Positions 19,603 to 30,009 are shown, counted from the stretch's first letter. The stretch is 64,000 nt of DNA from Methanoregula sp. (GCF_028712425.1 NZ_JAQTQD010000001.1:23414-87413); one strand, 5' to 3'. The notes: generated from the letters alone by a model not told the origin. Made by a program: numbers and translations.

Positions 19603-20331
19603 GTGCTCTCTCTTTCCGGTGTCACCAAGCAGATCGGCGGCCTTACTGCAGTGAACAATGTTGATCTTACGATGAGTGCCGGCCAGATCGTCGGCCTTGT
19701 GGGACCGAACGGGGCCGGTAAAACAACGCTCCTCAATATCATCTCCGGCATGGTTCCCCCGACTGGCGGGAAGATCACGTTTCTTGGTGAAGACATCACG
19801 GGCCTGAGTGCTGACCGGATCTGCCGCAGAGGCATAGCAAAGACGTTCCAGATCGCCGAGTCATTCCCCAACCTGAACGCTGAACAGTGCGTGATGATCG
19901 GTGTCCTGTTCGGGAACACCCGTTCCCCTGACATGAGGCAGGCCCGTATTGAGGCCCGGGAGATCCTTTCCTTTGTCAATTTCCCGGAGGAGAAGGCCGG
20001 TACCCTGACACGGAACCTCAATGTTGTCGAGCTCAAGCGGCTCCAGCTTGCCCGGGCGCTTGCGAGTCATCCAAAACTCCTTCTCTTAGACGAACTCACC
20101 ACCGGGCTCAACCCGAAGGAGAGTAGTGAGGCGGTGGGCCTGATCCGGAAGATCCGCGATGACGGGACCTCAATCCTGATCATCGAGCATGTCATGAGCG
20201 TCATCATGGGGGTCTCGAACCGTATTGTTGTCCTCGATCATGGCGAGAAGATTGCCGACGGCTACCCGCATGACGTGGTGAACAACCAGCGGGTCATCGA
20301 CACCTATCTCGGTGACATCGACGCATTTTGA
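19603..20331 (+). CDS. livG: branched-chain amino acid ABC transporter ATP-binding protein (LivG type)
   Basis: Walker A GPNGAGKTT and Walker B LLLLDE. The start is GTG, the first start codon after an in-frame stop at 19594. Confidence 0.8.
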   Translation: MLSLSGVTKQIGGLTAVNNVDLTMSAGQIVGLVGPNGAGKTTLLNIISGMVPPTGGKITFLGEDITGLSADRICRRGIAKTFQIAESFPNLNAEQCVMIGVLFGNTRSPDMRQARIEAREILSFVNFPEEKAGTLTRNLNVVELKRLQLARALASHPKLLLLDELTTGLNPKESSEAVGLIRKIRDDGTSILIIEHVMSVIMGVSNRIVVLDHGEKIADGYPHDVVNNQRVIDTYLGDIDAF

Positions 20332-20346
20332 GGAGGTTTATCTGCC

Positions 20347-21042
<696 letters not shown>

Positions 21043-21111
21043 TTGGGGAGATGAGGCGTTCCGGCACCCTTGTTCCGGTTTAAACAGGGAAAAACAGGAA
21101 CCGGGTCCTGG

Positions 21112-22101
21112 TTATTTTCCCGTCAATGGATGAGTTTCCATCTTTCTTTTTTTCCGTGCCATCCATTCCACAAGACGTTCCGGCAGGCTGACAAGCCCTT
21201 TAGGCAGGAAGATGATCGTGAGGATGAGGATGATGCCGATGATGACATACCGGGCAAAGGTCATGCCGGTCTCTTTGAGCCCTTCCCAGATAACGGTGAG
21301 TGCAACCGTGCCGATAATGGGGCCCGCGATGGTGCCCAGCCCGCCCAGAATGACGTATGTAATCGGCCAGAACGAATTGTCGACACCAAACAATTCCGGG
21401 GTAATGTACCCGATATGGTGGATCTGGAGCGCCCCGGCGATCCCCGCGATGAACGCTGATATGGCAAATGCGAGGAGCCGGTACCGGACCGGGTCGATCC
21501 CGGCAGCCCGCGCCTCGGTCTCGTTCTCGCGGATCGCGAGAAACGCGAGGCCTGCCTTTGACCGCATAATGTACCAGATGGCAATGATTGTCGCTATGGT
21601 GATGAGGAGGATGGCATAGTACTCGATCAGCTGGTAGCCCGGTATGGCCGGGCTGACAAGCCGGGGCGAAGGTATTCCGTCCCATCCCCCGGTCATGGGC
21701 GCGAGCACGCTGACCACGAGTGTCTGGACGATGATGGCGAACCCGAACGTGACCATGGCAAGGAACCATTCCTTCAGTCGCACGCAGGTGAGGCCGATAA
21801 GGATCCCGATGACCGCGGCCACGCCGGCACCAATGAAGATGGTGATGAACGGGGTGATACCAAGAGACACGGCAACCAGGGTTGATGCGTACGCCCCGAT
21901 GCCAAAGAACGCTGCATGACCAAGCGACCCCTGGCCCGAGCAGGCAAGAAGGTTCCAGGCTGAAGCGAAGATGATGGCAATAAGCATCAGGACCGCAAGG
22001 TTCACGATAAACATGTTGTCGGTGAGGAAGGGGAGCGCCACAGCAGCGATGACCGCTAGGGCAGTCGCATACCGGAGCGATAGCGGTATATTCGAAAGCA
22101 T
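21112..22101 (-). CDS. livM: branched-chain amino acid ABC transporter permease (LivM type)
   Basis: The hydrophobic permease sequence starts at MLSNIPLSLRY (ATG 22101). The upstream part of the track ORF overlaps livH and is non-membrane-like. Confidence 0.75.
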   Translation of the reverse strand: MLSNIPLSLRYATALAVIAAVALPFLTDNMFIVNLAVLMLIAIIFASAWNLLACSGQGSLGHAAFFGIGAYASTLVAVSLGITPFITIFIGAGVAAVIGILIGLTCVRLKEWFLAMVTFGFAIIVQTLVVSVLAPMTGGWDGIPSPRLVSPAIPGYQLIEYYAILLITIATIIAIWYIMRSKAGLAFLAIRENETEARAAGIDPVRYRLLAFAISAFIAGIAGALQIHHIGYITPELFGVDNSFWPITYVILGGLGTIAGPIIGTVALTVIWEGLKETGMTFARYVIIGIILILTIIFLPKGLVSLPERLVEWMARKKRKMETHPLTGK

Positions 22102-22103
22102 CT

Positions 22104-22982
22104 TTATCCCTCCTTCCCGCCAAAGAGCCCGGTCGGCCGTATTACCAGGACAACGATCAGGACAATAAACGAGACCGCGTCTTTCCAGATCCCGCCCAGC
22201 AAAAACGCGGCGCCGTTCTCGGCAAGTCCCATCAGGAGCCCTCCGATGATGGCCCCGGGAATGCTCCCGAGGCCGCCAAGGATGATGATGGCAAAGGCCT
22301 TGACTGCGGGGATTGCGCCCATGTACGGGTTGAAGACCTGCCCGCTCACTACCCAGAGCGTGCCGGCAGCCGCCGCAAGCGCACAACCGAGGCCGAAACT
22401 GATGATATCGATACGTTCCACGTTAATACCGACAAGCATCGCACCCTTCCGGTTCTGGCTCGTTGCCTGCATCTGCATGCCGATGGTCGTCTTTTTCAAA
22501 AAGAGGTACAGCCCACAGAGGATCAGGGCTGTCACGACCATGATAATGATATAGTCAAGAGGAACGGATAATGGGCCGACCGGCACGGAGATCCCATCAT
22601 ACGGGCTCTTGACGCTCTGCCATGCATCCCCCCAGATCATGGCGGCCCCGTTCTGGAAGATATAGATGAGCCCGATAGAGAGGAAGATCTCGTTGAGCTT
22701 GCCGGTCCCGAGAATGGGACGGAAGCAGAGCCGTTCAACTATAGCGCCGATCCCGACAAGCGCGAGCATCGAGAGGAGGAGGATGACGTACGGGTTGAAA
22801 CCGGTAAAAAGGAAAACGGTGAACGTGATGTAGGCGCCCACCATCAGAAACTCGCCGTGCGCGAAGTTGACGACCTTCATCACGCCGAAGATCAGGTTCA
22901 GTCCCGTGGCAAGCAGGATGTAGATGCATCCGGCATAGAGCCCCCAGAAAAGGATCTGGAGGATGATAGAGAGGTCTTCCAT
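22104..22982 (-). CDS. livH: branched-chain amino acid ABC transporter permease (LivH type)
   Basis: Starts at MEDLSIILQILFWGL (ATG 22982). 292 aa and multi-TM. Its stop lies 2 nt before the livM start. Confidence 0.75.
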   Translation of the reverse strand: MEDLSIILQILFWGLYAGCIYILLATGLNLIFGVMKVVNFAHGEFLMVGAYITFTVFLFTGFNPYVILLLSMLALVGIGAIVERLCFRPILGTGKLNEIFLSIGLIYIFQNGAAMIWGDAWQSVKSPYDGISVPVGPLSVPLDYIIIMVVTALILCGLYLFLKKTTIGMQMQATSQNRKGAMLVGINVERIDIISFGLGCALAAAAGTLWVVSGQVFNPYMGAIPAVKAFAIIILGGLGSIPGAIIGGLLMGLAENGAAFLLGGIWKDAVSFIVLIVVLVIRPTGLFGGKEG

Positions 22983-23052
22983 GCGTCGATCAGCACCTGC
23001 CTGTGTATAGGGAAAACATCGTGATGCAAGGAATAAAAAGGGATGGTATGGC

Positions 23053-24384
23053 CTATGCGCTGCTTCCTGCCTCGTACCATGACGGCAGGACAAATTCCGT
23101 TGTCTTCAGGTTGTCAGGCCAGACGATCTTCGGTCGTGTTTCACCGGCAGCCGCGTCCGGGTACAGCTGCTCCATCCAGAGATCGAACGAGGACTCGCGG
23201 AAACCGGAAGAGAAGGAGATGGTCGAGTCCTTCATTGCTTCGATGACCTGTGGCATCTTCATGGTGGTAAGTGTCTGCCGGACTGTTGCCTTGTCTGTGG
23301 TTCCGGCCTGTTTGATCGCTTCCGCGGCGATGAAAACTCCTTCATAGGTCGAGGCACCCATCATGTCCGGGTACGTCCCGAATTTTTTGAAATATGCCTG
23401 CTTGAACTCATCCTGTGCTGCGGCTACTGCTCCCGCAGGTGCTGTATAGGGAGAGAACCGGCTCTCGATAACAGCACCCTCGCCATATTGCCCAACGTCC
23501 TTGTAGAACTGGGCGTTGTCATTGTTTTCGACATTGAGGAAGATGGTATTCAGGCCAATGTCACGACGTGCCTGGACGATTGCAGGGGCACCTTCGTTCG
23601 GGAACGCCCCGATATAGACAGCATCCGGCTTTGCAGCCTTGATCGCGGTCAGCTGGGTGCGGAAGTCGCTCTCGCCCATCTTGAAACTCTGCTGGGAAAC
23701 AAGCACGATGTTGAGGTTCTTAGTCTTGATGGTGTTGTCTACGGCAGTCTGGACACCCTTGCCAAACGCGGTGTCCTGGTACAGGACTGCAAGCCGGAAC
23801 GGCCGGTCAGATGGTGCTCCCAGTTTCTTATTCACTGCCGCACGAACGACTTCGTCAATAAACTGTGTTGTGTATTCCCCATACGTGTCAGTGGTGGGAC
23901 AGTGGTGGAAGACATAACTTGTGTCTATGTCTGTGCGGTGCGTGATGATCGGGCTTGATGCACCGGTCACGATATACGGAACTTTGTACTCGGCAATGGT
24001 CTGTTCGTATGCCGAGGTGACGGCACTCGAGTATCCCCCGACAAGGATGTCGACCTTGTCATCGGTGATGAGCTTGGTTGCAGCCTTCTGGCCGCCGGCC
24101 TGGGTGGATTCATCGTCCCCCACAATGAGCTTTACCTGCTTTGTTGTACCGTCTTTTAACGTAACGCCACCGGCAGCATTGATCTTTTCTCCGGCAACCT
24201 GTGCCGATTGCCACATGTTCGTGCCGACATTGCTCGCCGGCCCGGTCAGTGATGCAATAACACCGACCTTGATCGTGTCTTGTGATGCAGCTGGCGACTG
24301 CGTTGATGCCTGCTGTTGTGTACAACCGGCAATGCATGCGGCTGCGATTAGCAGGGCCGCAATGATGAAAACAGAATATTTCAT
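23053..24384 (-). CDS. ABC transporter substrate-binding protein (Leu/Ile/Val-binding family), lipobox-like signal
   Basis: MKYSVFIIAALLIAAACIAGC signal. Periplasmic-binding-protein type I size and composition. Heads the livH-livM genes. Confidence 0.75.
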   Translation of the reverse strand: MKYSVFIIAALLIAAACIAGCTQQQASTQSPAASQDTIKVGVIASLTGPASNVGTNMWQSAQVAGEKINAAGGVTLKDGTTKQVKLIVGDDESTQAGGQKAATKLITDDKVDILVGGYSSAVTSAYEQTIAEYKVPYIVTGASSPIITHRTDIDTSYVFHHCPTTDTYGEYTTQFIDEVVRAAVNKKLGAPSDRPFRLAVLYQDTAFGKGVQTAVDNTIKTKNLNIVLVSQQSFKMGESDFRTQLTAIKAAKPDAVYIGAFPNEGAPAIVQARRDIGLNTIFLNVENNDNAQFYKDVGQYGEGAVIESRFSPYTAPAGAVAAAQDEFKQAYFKKFGTYPDMMGASTYEGVFIAAEAIKQAGTTDKATVRQTLTTMKMPQVIEAMKDSTISFSSGFRESSFDLWMEQLYPDAAAGETRPKIVWPDNLKTTEFVLPSWYEAGSSA

Positions 24385-24658
24385 GGGACTCCCTTCTATG
24401 CTATGATATAGCATGACAAAGAATTGGTGGTTGCCGCCGTAATAATAATTATCGGTTTATCCCTGGGGTGGTGCACACCAGGATTGTTGTCATATCAAAG
24501 GCAACACCCGGTATCCAATTCAGGGTTGTTGAGTAAAATACCTGCCATACGAAACGATAATGTTTTGGTGAAAGCCTCCTAGTTATGTCGGACCTAAACG
24601 ATATGGTTTTCCTTGATCCTGTCCAACAGCTCAGGACAGACTTACCGGGTAGTTCATC

Positions 24659-26224
24659 GTGGACCTTGCTTTCCAGTTCCTTCTTGCCATCCTTCCCATT
24701 ATCCTGATCTTCATCGGGCTCGTCTTCCTGAAACAGTCGGGTACGCTCATGGGCATCCTTGGCTGGCTCCTGACGGTTATCATTGCCGTGATCTTCTTCC
24801 AGACCTCAATCTCCGTTGCGCTCGCAGCATCCTGGGCCGGCGTTCTCTCGTCATTTGGCATATCACTCATGGTCCTTTTCACCATTCTCCAGGTAACGAT
24901 GATGGATCTGACCGGGGCTATCAGCCGGATTACTGCATACGTTAAATCGATTGCAGCCGAGCGTTACGAGCAGATCATGATCCTGAACGTGGGATTCGGA
25001 TCCTTTCTCGTATCAATCGGCGCAACTCCGGTCACCATGCTCCCGCCCATCATGATGGCGCTCGGCTTCTCTCCCCTTGCGGCAGTTGCCCTCCCCTGTC
25101 TCGGGTACGACCCGCTCACCTCCTTCTCGCTCCTTGCAGTTCCCATCACGATCCCGGCTGCAGCCTTCGGCTTTGACGCAAAAGCGCTCGGCTGCCAGGT
25201 TGCGCTTTTCCTGCCTGTTGTCTCCACTGGCATCGCACTTGGTATGCTCTGGATCGCGGATGGATTTGCCGGAATCCGGAAAGGTCTCTTCACCGCAGTT
25301 GTCGCCGGACTGACGCTCGGGTTCTCCGCCATCCTGTTTGTGAATATCCTCCCGGCATCTGCCATTGGTCTTGTCGGCGTCTTCTCTGGGCTCGTCACCA
25401 TTTTTGTTCTTTTTATCCTGCGGGCCCTGCGGGGAAAACCGATGGACGCCGCCCCGGTCCTTACCCTCGCAGAGGACGGCATGCCGCTCTGGAAGGCCTC
25501 TTTTCCCTGGATCCTGCTCGTCTCGTTTGCGATCATCATCAGTATCCCGCTCATCCAGTCGGGGCTCTACAACATCCTTGGCCCCGTGCAGAAAGTCCCG
25601 GTCATTGCCGACAAGGTCATTGACTTAAAACTCCTCAACCAGGCCTACTTCTGGGTGGTCGTGAGTACGCTCATCTCCGCCCCGCTCCTTGTCCATAACC
25701 GGCAAGAGGCAAAAACCATCCTCTCGCTCTGGGTGAAACGGGCATGGAGCCCGACACTCGCTGCCATGGTCTTCTTTGCTATCGCGTACGTTATGGACTG
25801 GTCCGGTCGGTCGGTCATCGGGGGCACGCTTGGTTTCCTTCCCGGTGCTGATGCATTCAACATGAACGCGGTCATCGGACTCATGCTTGCGCTCACGTTC
25901 GGTATCGGGTTCCCGCTCATCTCCCCGCTTCTGGGCCTCTTCGGTTCGTTCATCTCCGGCAGCGAGGCTTCTTCGAATGTGATGTTCTACGGCATCATCG
26001 ACAAATCGACAAACGTCCTTTCGCTTGACTTCATGCCGGTATATGCTGCCCACGCAACGGCCGGGGGAGTTGCTTCCGGAGTGGCCGTGGCAAAGATCGT
26101 GAACGCGGCAGCTGTTATCGATAAGATCGGGATCGAGGGCGAAGTGGTCCGGCGTGTTGCCCCGGTTGCAATAGCACTCACGCTGATTATCGGTATAATG
26201 CTCTGTGTGATGCTGGCACTCTGA
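24659..26224 (+). CDS. L-lactate permease (LctP) family transporter
   Basis: 521 aa, highly hydrophobic, with an LctP-like N-terminus (LAILPIILIFIGLVFLK). GTG start as given in the track. Confidence 0.7.
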   Translation: MDLAFQFLLAILPIILIFIGLVFLKQSGTLMGILGWLLTVIIAVIFFQTSISVALAASWAGVLSSFGISLMVLFTILQVTMMDLTGAISRITAYVKSIAAERYEQIMILNVGFGSFLVSIGATPVTMLPPIMMALGFSPLAAVALPCLGYDPLTSFSLLAVPITIPAAAFGFDAKALGCQVALFLPVVSTGIALGMLWIADGFAGIRKGLFTAVVAGLTLGFSAILFVNILPASAIGLVGVFSGLVTIFVLFILRALRGKPMDAAPVLTLAEDGMPLWKASFPWILLVSFAIIISIPLIQSGLYNILGPVQKVPVIADKVIDLKLLNQAYFWVVVSTLISAPLLVHNRQEAKTILSLWVKRAWSPTLAAMVFFAIAYVMDWSGRSVIGGTLGFLPGADAFNMNAVIGLMLALTFGIGFPLISPLLGLFGSFISGSEASSNVMFYGIIDKSTNVLSLDFMPVYAAHATAGGVASGVAVAKIVNAAAVIDKIGIEGEVVRRVAPVAIALTLIIGIMLCVMLAL

Positions 26225-26309
26225 ACTTTTTTTAGCCCGGGCATCCGGGCAGGAAAAACAGCGCGTGACGGCCGGGCCGGCCGATTGCAAAAAAGATTAA
26301 GCAGCCGGT

Positions 26310-26960
26310 TTATCCCAACGCCGTCTTACGTTTCCAGACATTGTGGTGGGTGAAGATTGCGACCACCGGAACAAGCATGTACACCATCTGGCTGTACTGG
26401 TTCCCGGTCAGGGCTATGAGGATCCCGAGCAGGGAAAGGCAGGGGACAACGAGCGTGTTGATAGTCACGTGCCGGATAAAGCGGGGTTCCAAATCCTGCT
26501 CGACCAGCCGGAAATTCCCGGTTGCGTACTTCCACTGGAAGAACATCCCCATACCAATGGCAAGGAGGTTGGCTTCGAACACCAGGGCGCCGATCGATGT
26601 CCCGTGGAGGTCTCCCGCAAACGAGGTGGAGAACGGCAAAAGCGAGACAAAGAGCAGGGTGCCGAGGTTCAGCCAGACAAAGATCCGGTCCAGGCCTTTT
26701 ACCGGGTGGACCAGGACATGGTGGGTTAGCCAGAATGCCCCGAGGATGAGGAAGGCAAGGACATAGTGGAAGAAGTCTGAGTACAGCGACAGGAGGAGGT
26801 GGGTTGCATAGGCCGGGGACTGGACGATCTGGGACTTGTCCGGGAGGTCGATGCTGATGACAAGCAGCGTCATGGCAAACGCAAAGATTCCGTCCGAGAG
26901 TGTCTCAAGACGGCTTTTTGTGAGGTGCATGGCCTCAAAAGACGATGGTTCTTCTGTCAT
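26310..26960 (-). CDS. TMEM175/DUF1211-family putative K+ channel
   Basis: The signature RLETLSDGIFAFAMTLLV is near the N-terminus. 6 TM segments, 216 aa. Confidence 0.65.
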   Translation of the reverse strand: MTEEPSSFEAMHLTKSRLETLSDGIFAFAMTLLVISIDLPDKSQIVQSPAYATHLLLSLYSDFFHYVLAFLILGAFWLTHHVLVHPVKGLDRIFVWLNLGTLLFVSLLPFSTSFAGDLHGTSIGALVFEANLLAIGMGMFFQWKYATGNFRLVEQDLEPRFIRHVTINTLVVPCLSLLGILIALTGNQYSQMVYMLVPVVAIFTHHNVWKRKTALG

Positions 26961-27088
26961 GAGGTGCCGGAGAATTCTGCGTTGAAACGGAATAAGGGTT
27001 GCTCTGTGCCGCCCGGACAGCCGTCCCGCTTCGACCCGGATCTCCTTTGCGGATAACCCTTAACCGTTTTGCCGGGGCATGCATTACC

Positions 27089-27685
27089 ATGAGAAATCTG
27101 TCATTTTCCCTCATGATCGTCCTCATGTCCGCGGGAATCGTCTTCTGTGCCGGTATTGCGGGCTGCACGAATACCGCTCCCGCACAGCCCGCAACCGGGC
27201 AGAAACTCTCAACCCTCGAACCCGCAAAGATGGCGCTGCAGGCATCCGACCTCCCGGCAAACTACACGCTGGTGGAGGAATTCGAGCGGAATGCGTCCGA
27301 CACTCGGGAATGGGCGCTGGGAAAGGGCTGGAAGAAAGGGTATGCTATCTCCTTTGAAACCCAGCGCCCGGATGCCCGCGGGCTCGACCAGCTGATCTCC
27401 GTGTACCCAGCGGAAAATATCACGCTCATTGTCCCCGATACCGTGTCGAGCTTCAAGAACTGGACCGTCGAAGACCAAAATGTCACGGTTGAAGATCTGC
27501 CGTCGCCCGGTATCGGCGATGCGAGCAGTGCGCTGAAACTGACCCAGGCTGGCGAACCTGTCGACTATTACATTATCGCATTCGTGAAATACGATGTATA
27601 CGAGGAGTTATACATAAACGGCACTGCCAGCGATTATGAGGTGCTGAAGGCTGTTGCAAGCAAGGCTGCGGAAAAGATTAGGTAA
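27089..27685 (+). CDS. hypothetical lipoprotein
   Basis: Signal plus lipobox MRNLSFSLMIVLMSAGIVFCAGIAGC at ATG 27089. No recognisable domain. Confidence 0.6.
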   Translation: MRNLSFSLMIVLMSAGIVFCAGIAGCTNTAPAQPATGQKLSTLEPAKMALQASDLPANYTLVEEFERNASDTREWALGKGWKKGYAISFETQRPDARGLDQLISVYPAENITLIVPDTVSSFKNWTVEDQNVTVEDLPSPGIGDASSALKLTQAGEPVDYYIIAFVKYDVYEELYINGTASDYEVLKAVASKAAEKIR

Positions 27686-27686
27686 A

Positions 27687-27718
27687 TTTTTCCTTTTTTT
27701 CTGGTTTTTGTTTTGTTC
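27687..27718 (+). terminator. oligo-T archaeal-type terminator region
   Basis: Runs TTTTT, TTTTTTT, TTTTT and TTTT lie immediately after the stop codon at 27683-27685. Confidence 0.5.
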
Positions 27719-27767
27719 TGAGATAGCATTGAAAAATTTCGCTCAGTTGAGATCCTTTGAAGTATTG

Positions 27768-27868
27768 ATGGGGGCTGATGCCCCCATACCCCCATTAAGA
27801 TGCTTGCCGCTGCCAAAGTCGAAGGCTGATGCCTTCTCCAGGTAATCCTCGCTGATGCGACGATTACC
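27768..27868. ncRNA. cluster of three stem-loops sharing a GC-TGAT-GC apex; candidate structured RNA of unknown class
   Basis: The three hairpins are ATGGGGGC-TGAT-GCCCCCAT (27768-27787), GAAGGC-TGAT-GCCTTC (27821-27836), and GGTAATC.TCGC-TGAT-GCGA.GATTACC (27841-27868). The stems differ while the loops are identical. Confidence 0.4.
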
Positions 27869-28138
27869 TCCCAGAAGGGCGAGTCGAAGGTATCACTTCT
27901 CCACAGCCTGCGACTGTCCCCGCAGCGGCCTCAATTTCTTTTTATGAAAATAACTCTGTGTCGGTTTTTCCCCTTTAGGTAATACAGAGGCATCGCCAGC
28001 GCCCCTTGGGGCGGGCTGGTGCAAGGGGGGCTATCATTACAGGAAGAATTCAATCGTAGTTATAAAACCCCGGCTTTGAAAAATGACTCAAAGCGAAGCA
28101 TACACATATTGATACTACGGCATCCTAAGACTCCATTG

Positions 28139-28155
28139 AAAAAAAGAAAAGAAAA
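28139..28155 (-). terminator. oligo-T terminator (minus strand)
   Basis: The minus strand reads TTTTCTTTTCTTTTTTT directly after the stop at 28159-28161. Confidence 0.5.
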
Positions 28156-28158
28156 TCC

Positions 28159-28962
28159 CTACCCCATTACATCCGGCGCCGCTGCCTGCGGCTCGCTGTG
28201 CTCGTACACGCGGGTGATGTAGCGAGCGGAAAAGACCGTATAGAACGGGATGAAAACGAGCTGGACGATATCACCCACGTACGGGATGAGCGAGATGGCG
28301 CTGATGGCCACGAAGAAGATGATCCCGATAACGAATAGGACGACTAGAGCGATGAAATAGTTCACCCAGCCGATGGACCGCAGGGTCTCTGTGATGGCTG
28401 TAAACCGGATCCCTTCACGGATGCTCCCCGTGCGTGCGCAGCGGATGATTCCCATCATGCTGTAGATGACCCCGATGATGGCAAGGACGAGCATGAGGAT
28501 GAGAGAGATAATGGTTATGCCGATACCGGGGGCCCCGGACAGAGCGCTGTCAGACGAGAATCCTACAATCGCGAATGCTACCATCAGTACAAATGCCAAA
28601 ATCATTGGAATGAACCAGAGAAACCCGGTTACGGCGATCTTGATCCCGTCAATGTAGAGCGGGCCCCAGTTGTCAAACTCCGGCGGGGTTGTTGCGCCAC
28701 GGTAGATCCGGGCCAGGTACCCCGAGAGGATGAACGAGAGGAGGAATGCTACAAGGAACAGGACTGCGATCTCCTTCCACGGGATCAGGTCCCAGCTGAA
28801 TGTGGTTGCATTTGCTATCTTCTCCGGGTTGAACACGAACGGGAAGAGGGCCATGGGCAGACCGCAGATAATAAAGATGACCCAGCGGATCCATTTCCCA
28901 AGAAGCGTCTCCTTTGCATAGTTGAACGATTCGGTAACGATTAATCCGTTATCCATGTTCAT
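28159..28962 (-). CDS. multi-pass membrane protein (DUF4013-like)
   Basis: Hydrophobic protein. The N-terminal region MNMDNGLIVTESFNYAKETLLGKW resembles DUF4013 proteins. The start is uncertain (28956 to 29043). Confidence 0.5.
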   Translation of the reverse strand: MNMDNGLIVTESFNYAKETLLGKWIRWVIFIICGLPMALFPFVFNPEKIANATTFSWDLIPWKEIAVLFLVAFLLSFILSGYLARIYRGATTPPEFDNWGPLYIDGIKIAVTGFLWFIPMILAFVLMVAFAIVGFSSDSALSGAPGIGITIISLILMLVLAIIGVIYSMMGIIRCARTGSIREGIRFTAITETLRSIGWVNYFIALVVLFVIGIIFFVAISAISLIPYVGDIVQLVFIPFYTVFSARYITRVYEHSEPQAAAPDVMG

Positions 28963-29145
28963 CGATCGTAATTCCGGGATATTAAGTGCATGGGAAAAAT
29001 CCGCCATTCCCGACAGGATCCGGGCTGCCGGGACGTCCCGCACCGCGGATCGCGCACCGGTTATGAGGATACCGTCGAAGCGCTCTTTGTTTATACCCCC
29101 TATCCGACCAAAAAGGATGGATAGAAAACAGGAAAAGATCCCGGT

Positions 29146-29307
29146 ATGTCAGATACCGTGAAGACAACCCGGTTCTGGTACCGCCACGACGCCCCGCGGG
29201 AGCGGAGGCATATGAACAAGGAGTTCCGGATGGAGGAGAAGCAGTTCTTCCAGAAGTTTGGCGAACTGTTGCGGAAGTACAAATCCCGGGGCTGGAAGTC
29301 GCATTGA
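29146..29307 (+). CDS. 53-aa highly basic small protein (hypothetical)
   Basis: Hand translation gives MSDTVKTTRFWYRHDAPRERRHMNKEFRMEEKQFFQKFGELLRKYKSRGWKSH. A TTTATA box at 29090-29095 lies about 50 nt upstream. Codons are GC3-rich like host genes. Confidence 0.4.
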   Translation: MSDTVKTTRFWYRHDAPRERRHMNKEFRMEEKQFFQKFGELLRKYKSRGWKSH

Positions 29308-29396
29308 CCCGCCCCGATTTTTTCCTGTATTTTCGTTTCTGGCGTTAAGGAATGCAGGCGGGCTCTGGTATCACACTCTTTGGAAAACAGCGTTCT

Positions 29397-29972
29397 TCAT
29401 CCACGACCTGGGTGCCCGTCTTCTCCGGTCTTCACTCCAGCCCCCGGCCGCTGTCGAACCTGCTCCAGGATCTTTGCGACAACCCGCTCGAAATCATAGC
29501 CGGAGCAGTCGATTGTAATGTCGGCATATTTCTCGTACAGCGGGACGCGCTGGTCGTAAACAGCGCGGAGTGTCTGGCCTTTCTCCAGTACAATGCCCCG
29601 TGTCGTAATGTTAACCAGTCTTTTTTCGATCTCGGTGAGAGAAACGTTCAGGTACACGATAATCCCGTCTTTCTTCAGGTGCCCCATCGCCTTATGGCTC
29701 AGGACAACGCTCCCCCCGGTTGCGATCACCGTGTTGTGGAACCGGCGCGAGATGATGATATCTTCCTCGATCTTCCGGAACGTGGCTGTACCGTCCGCGT
29801 CCAGGATCCCCTGCAGGTGCCGGCCGGTTGTTTCCTGGATCAAAAGGTCCGTATCAACGAACTTCTTGTTGAGCGCCTTCGCCAGGACAACGCCTATGGT
29901 ACTCTTCCCAGCACCTGGCATCCCGATCAGGACAATGTTTTTCACGGACTTTCCCGGTAAGCCGTATCTCAT
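29397..29972 (-). CDS. aroK: AroK-type (P-loop) shikimate kinase
   Basis: Walker A GMPGAGKSTIG, followed by DTDLLIQ, FRKIEE and ATGGSVV, as in bacterial-type shikimate kinases. Confidence 0.7.
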   Translation of the reverse strand: MRYGLPGKSVKNIVLIGMPGAGKSTIGVVLAKALNKKFVDTDLLIQETTGRHLQGILDADGTATFRKIEEDIIISRRFHNTVIATGGSVVLSHKAMGHLKKDGIIVYLNVSLTEIEKRLVNITTRGIVLEKGQTLRAVYDQRVPLYEKYADITIDCSGYDFERVVAKILEQVRQRPGAGVKTGEDGHPGRG

Positions 29973-30009
29973 TCAATCCCTATCAAGCATTGCGCCAGCG
30001 TACAGCCGG

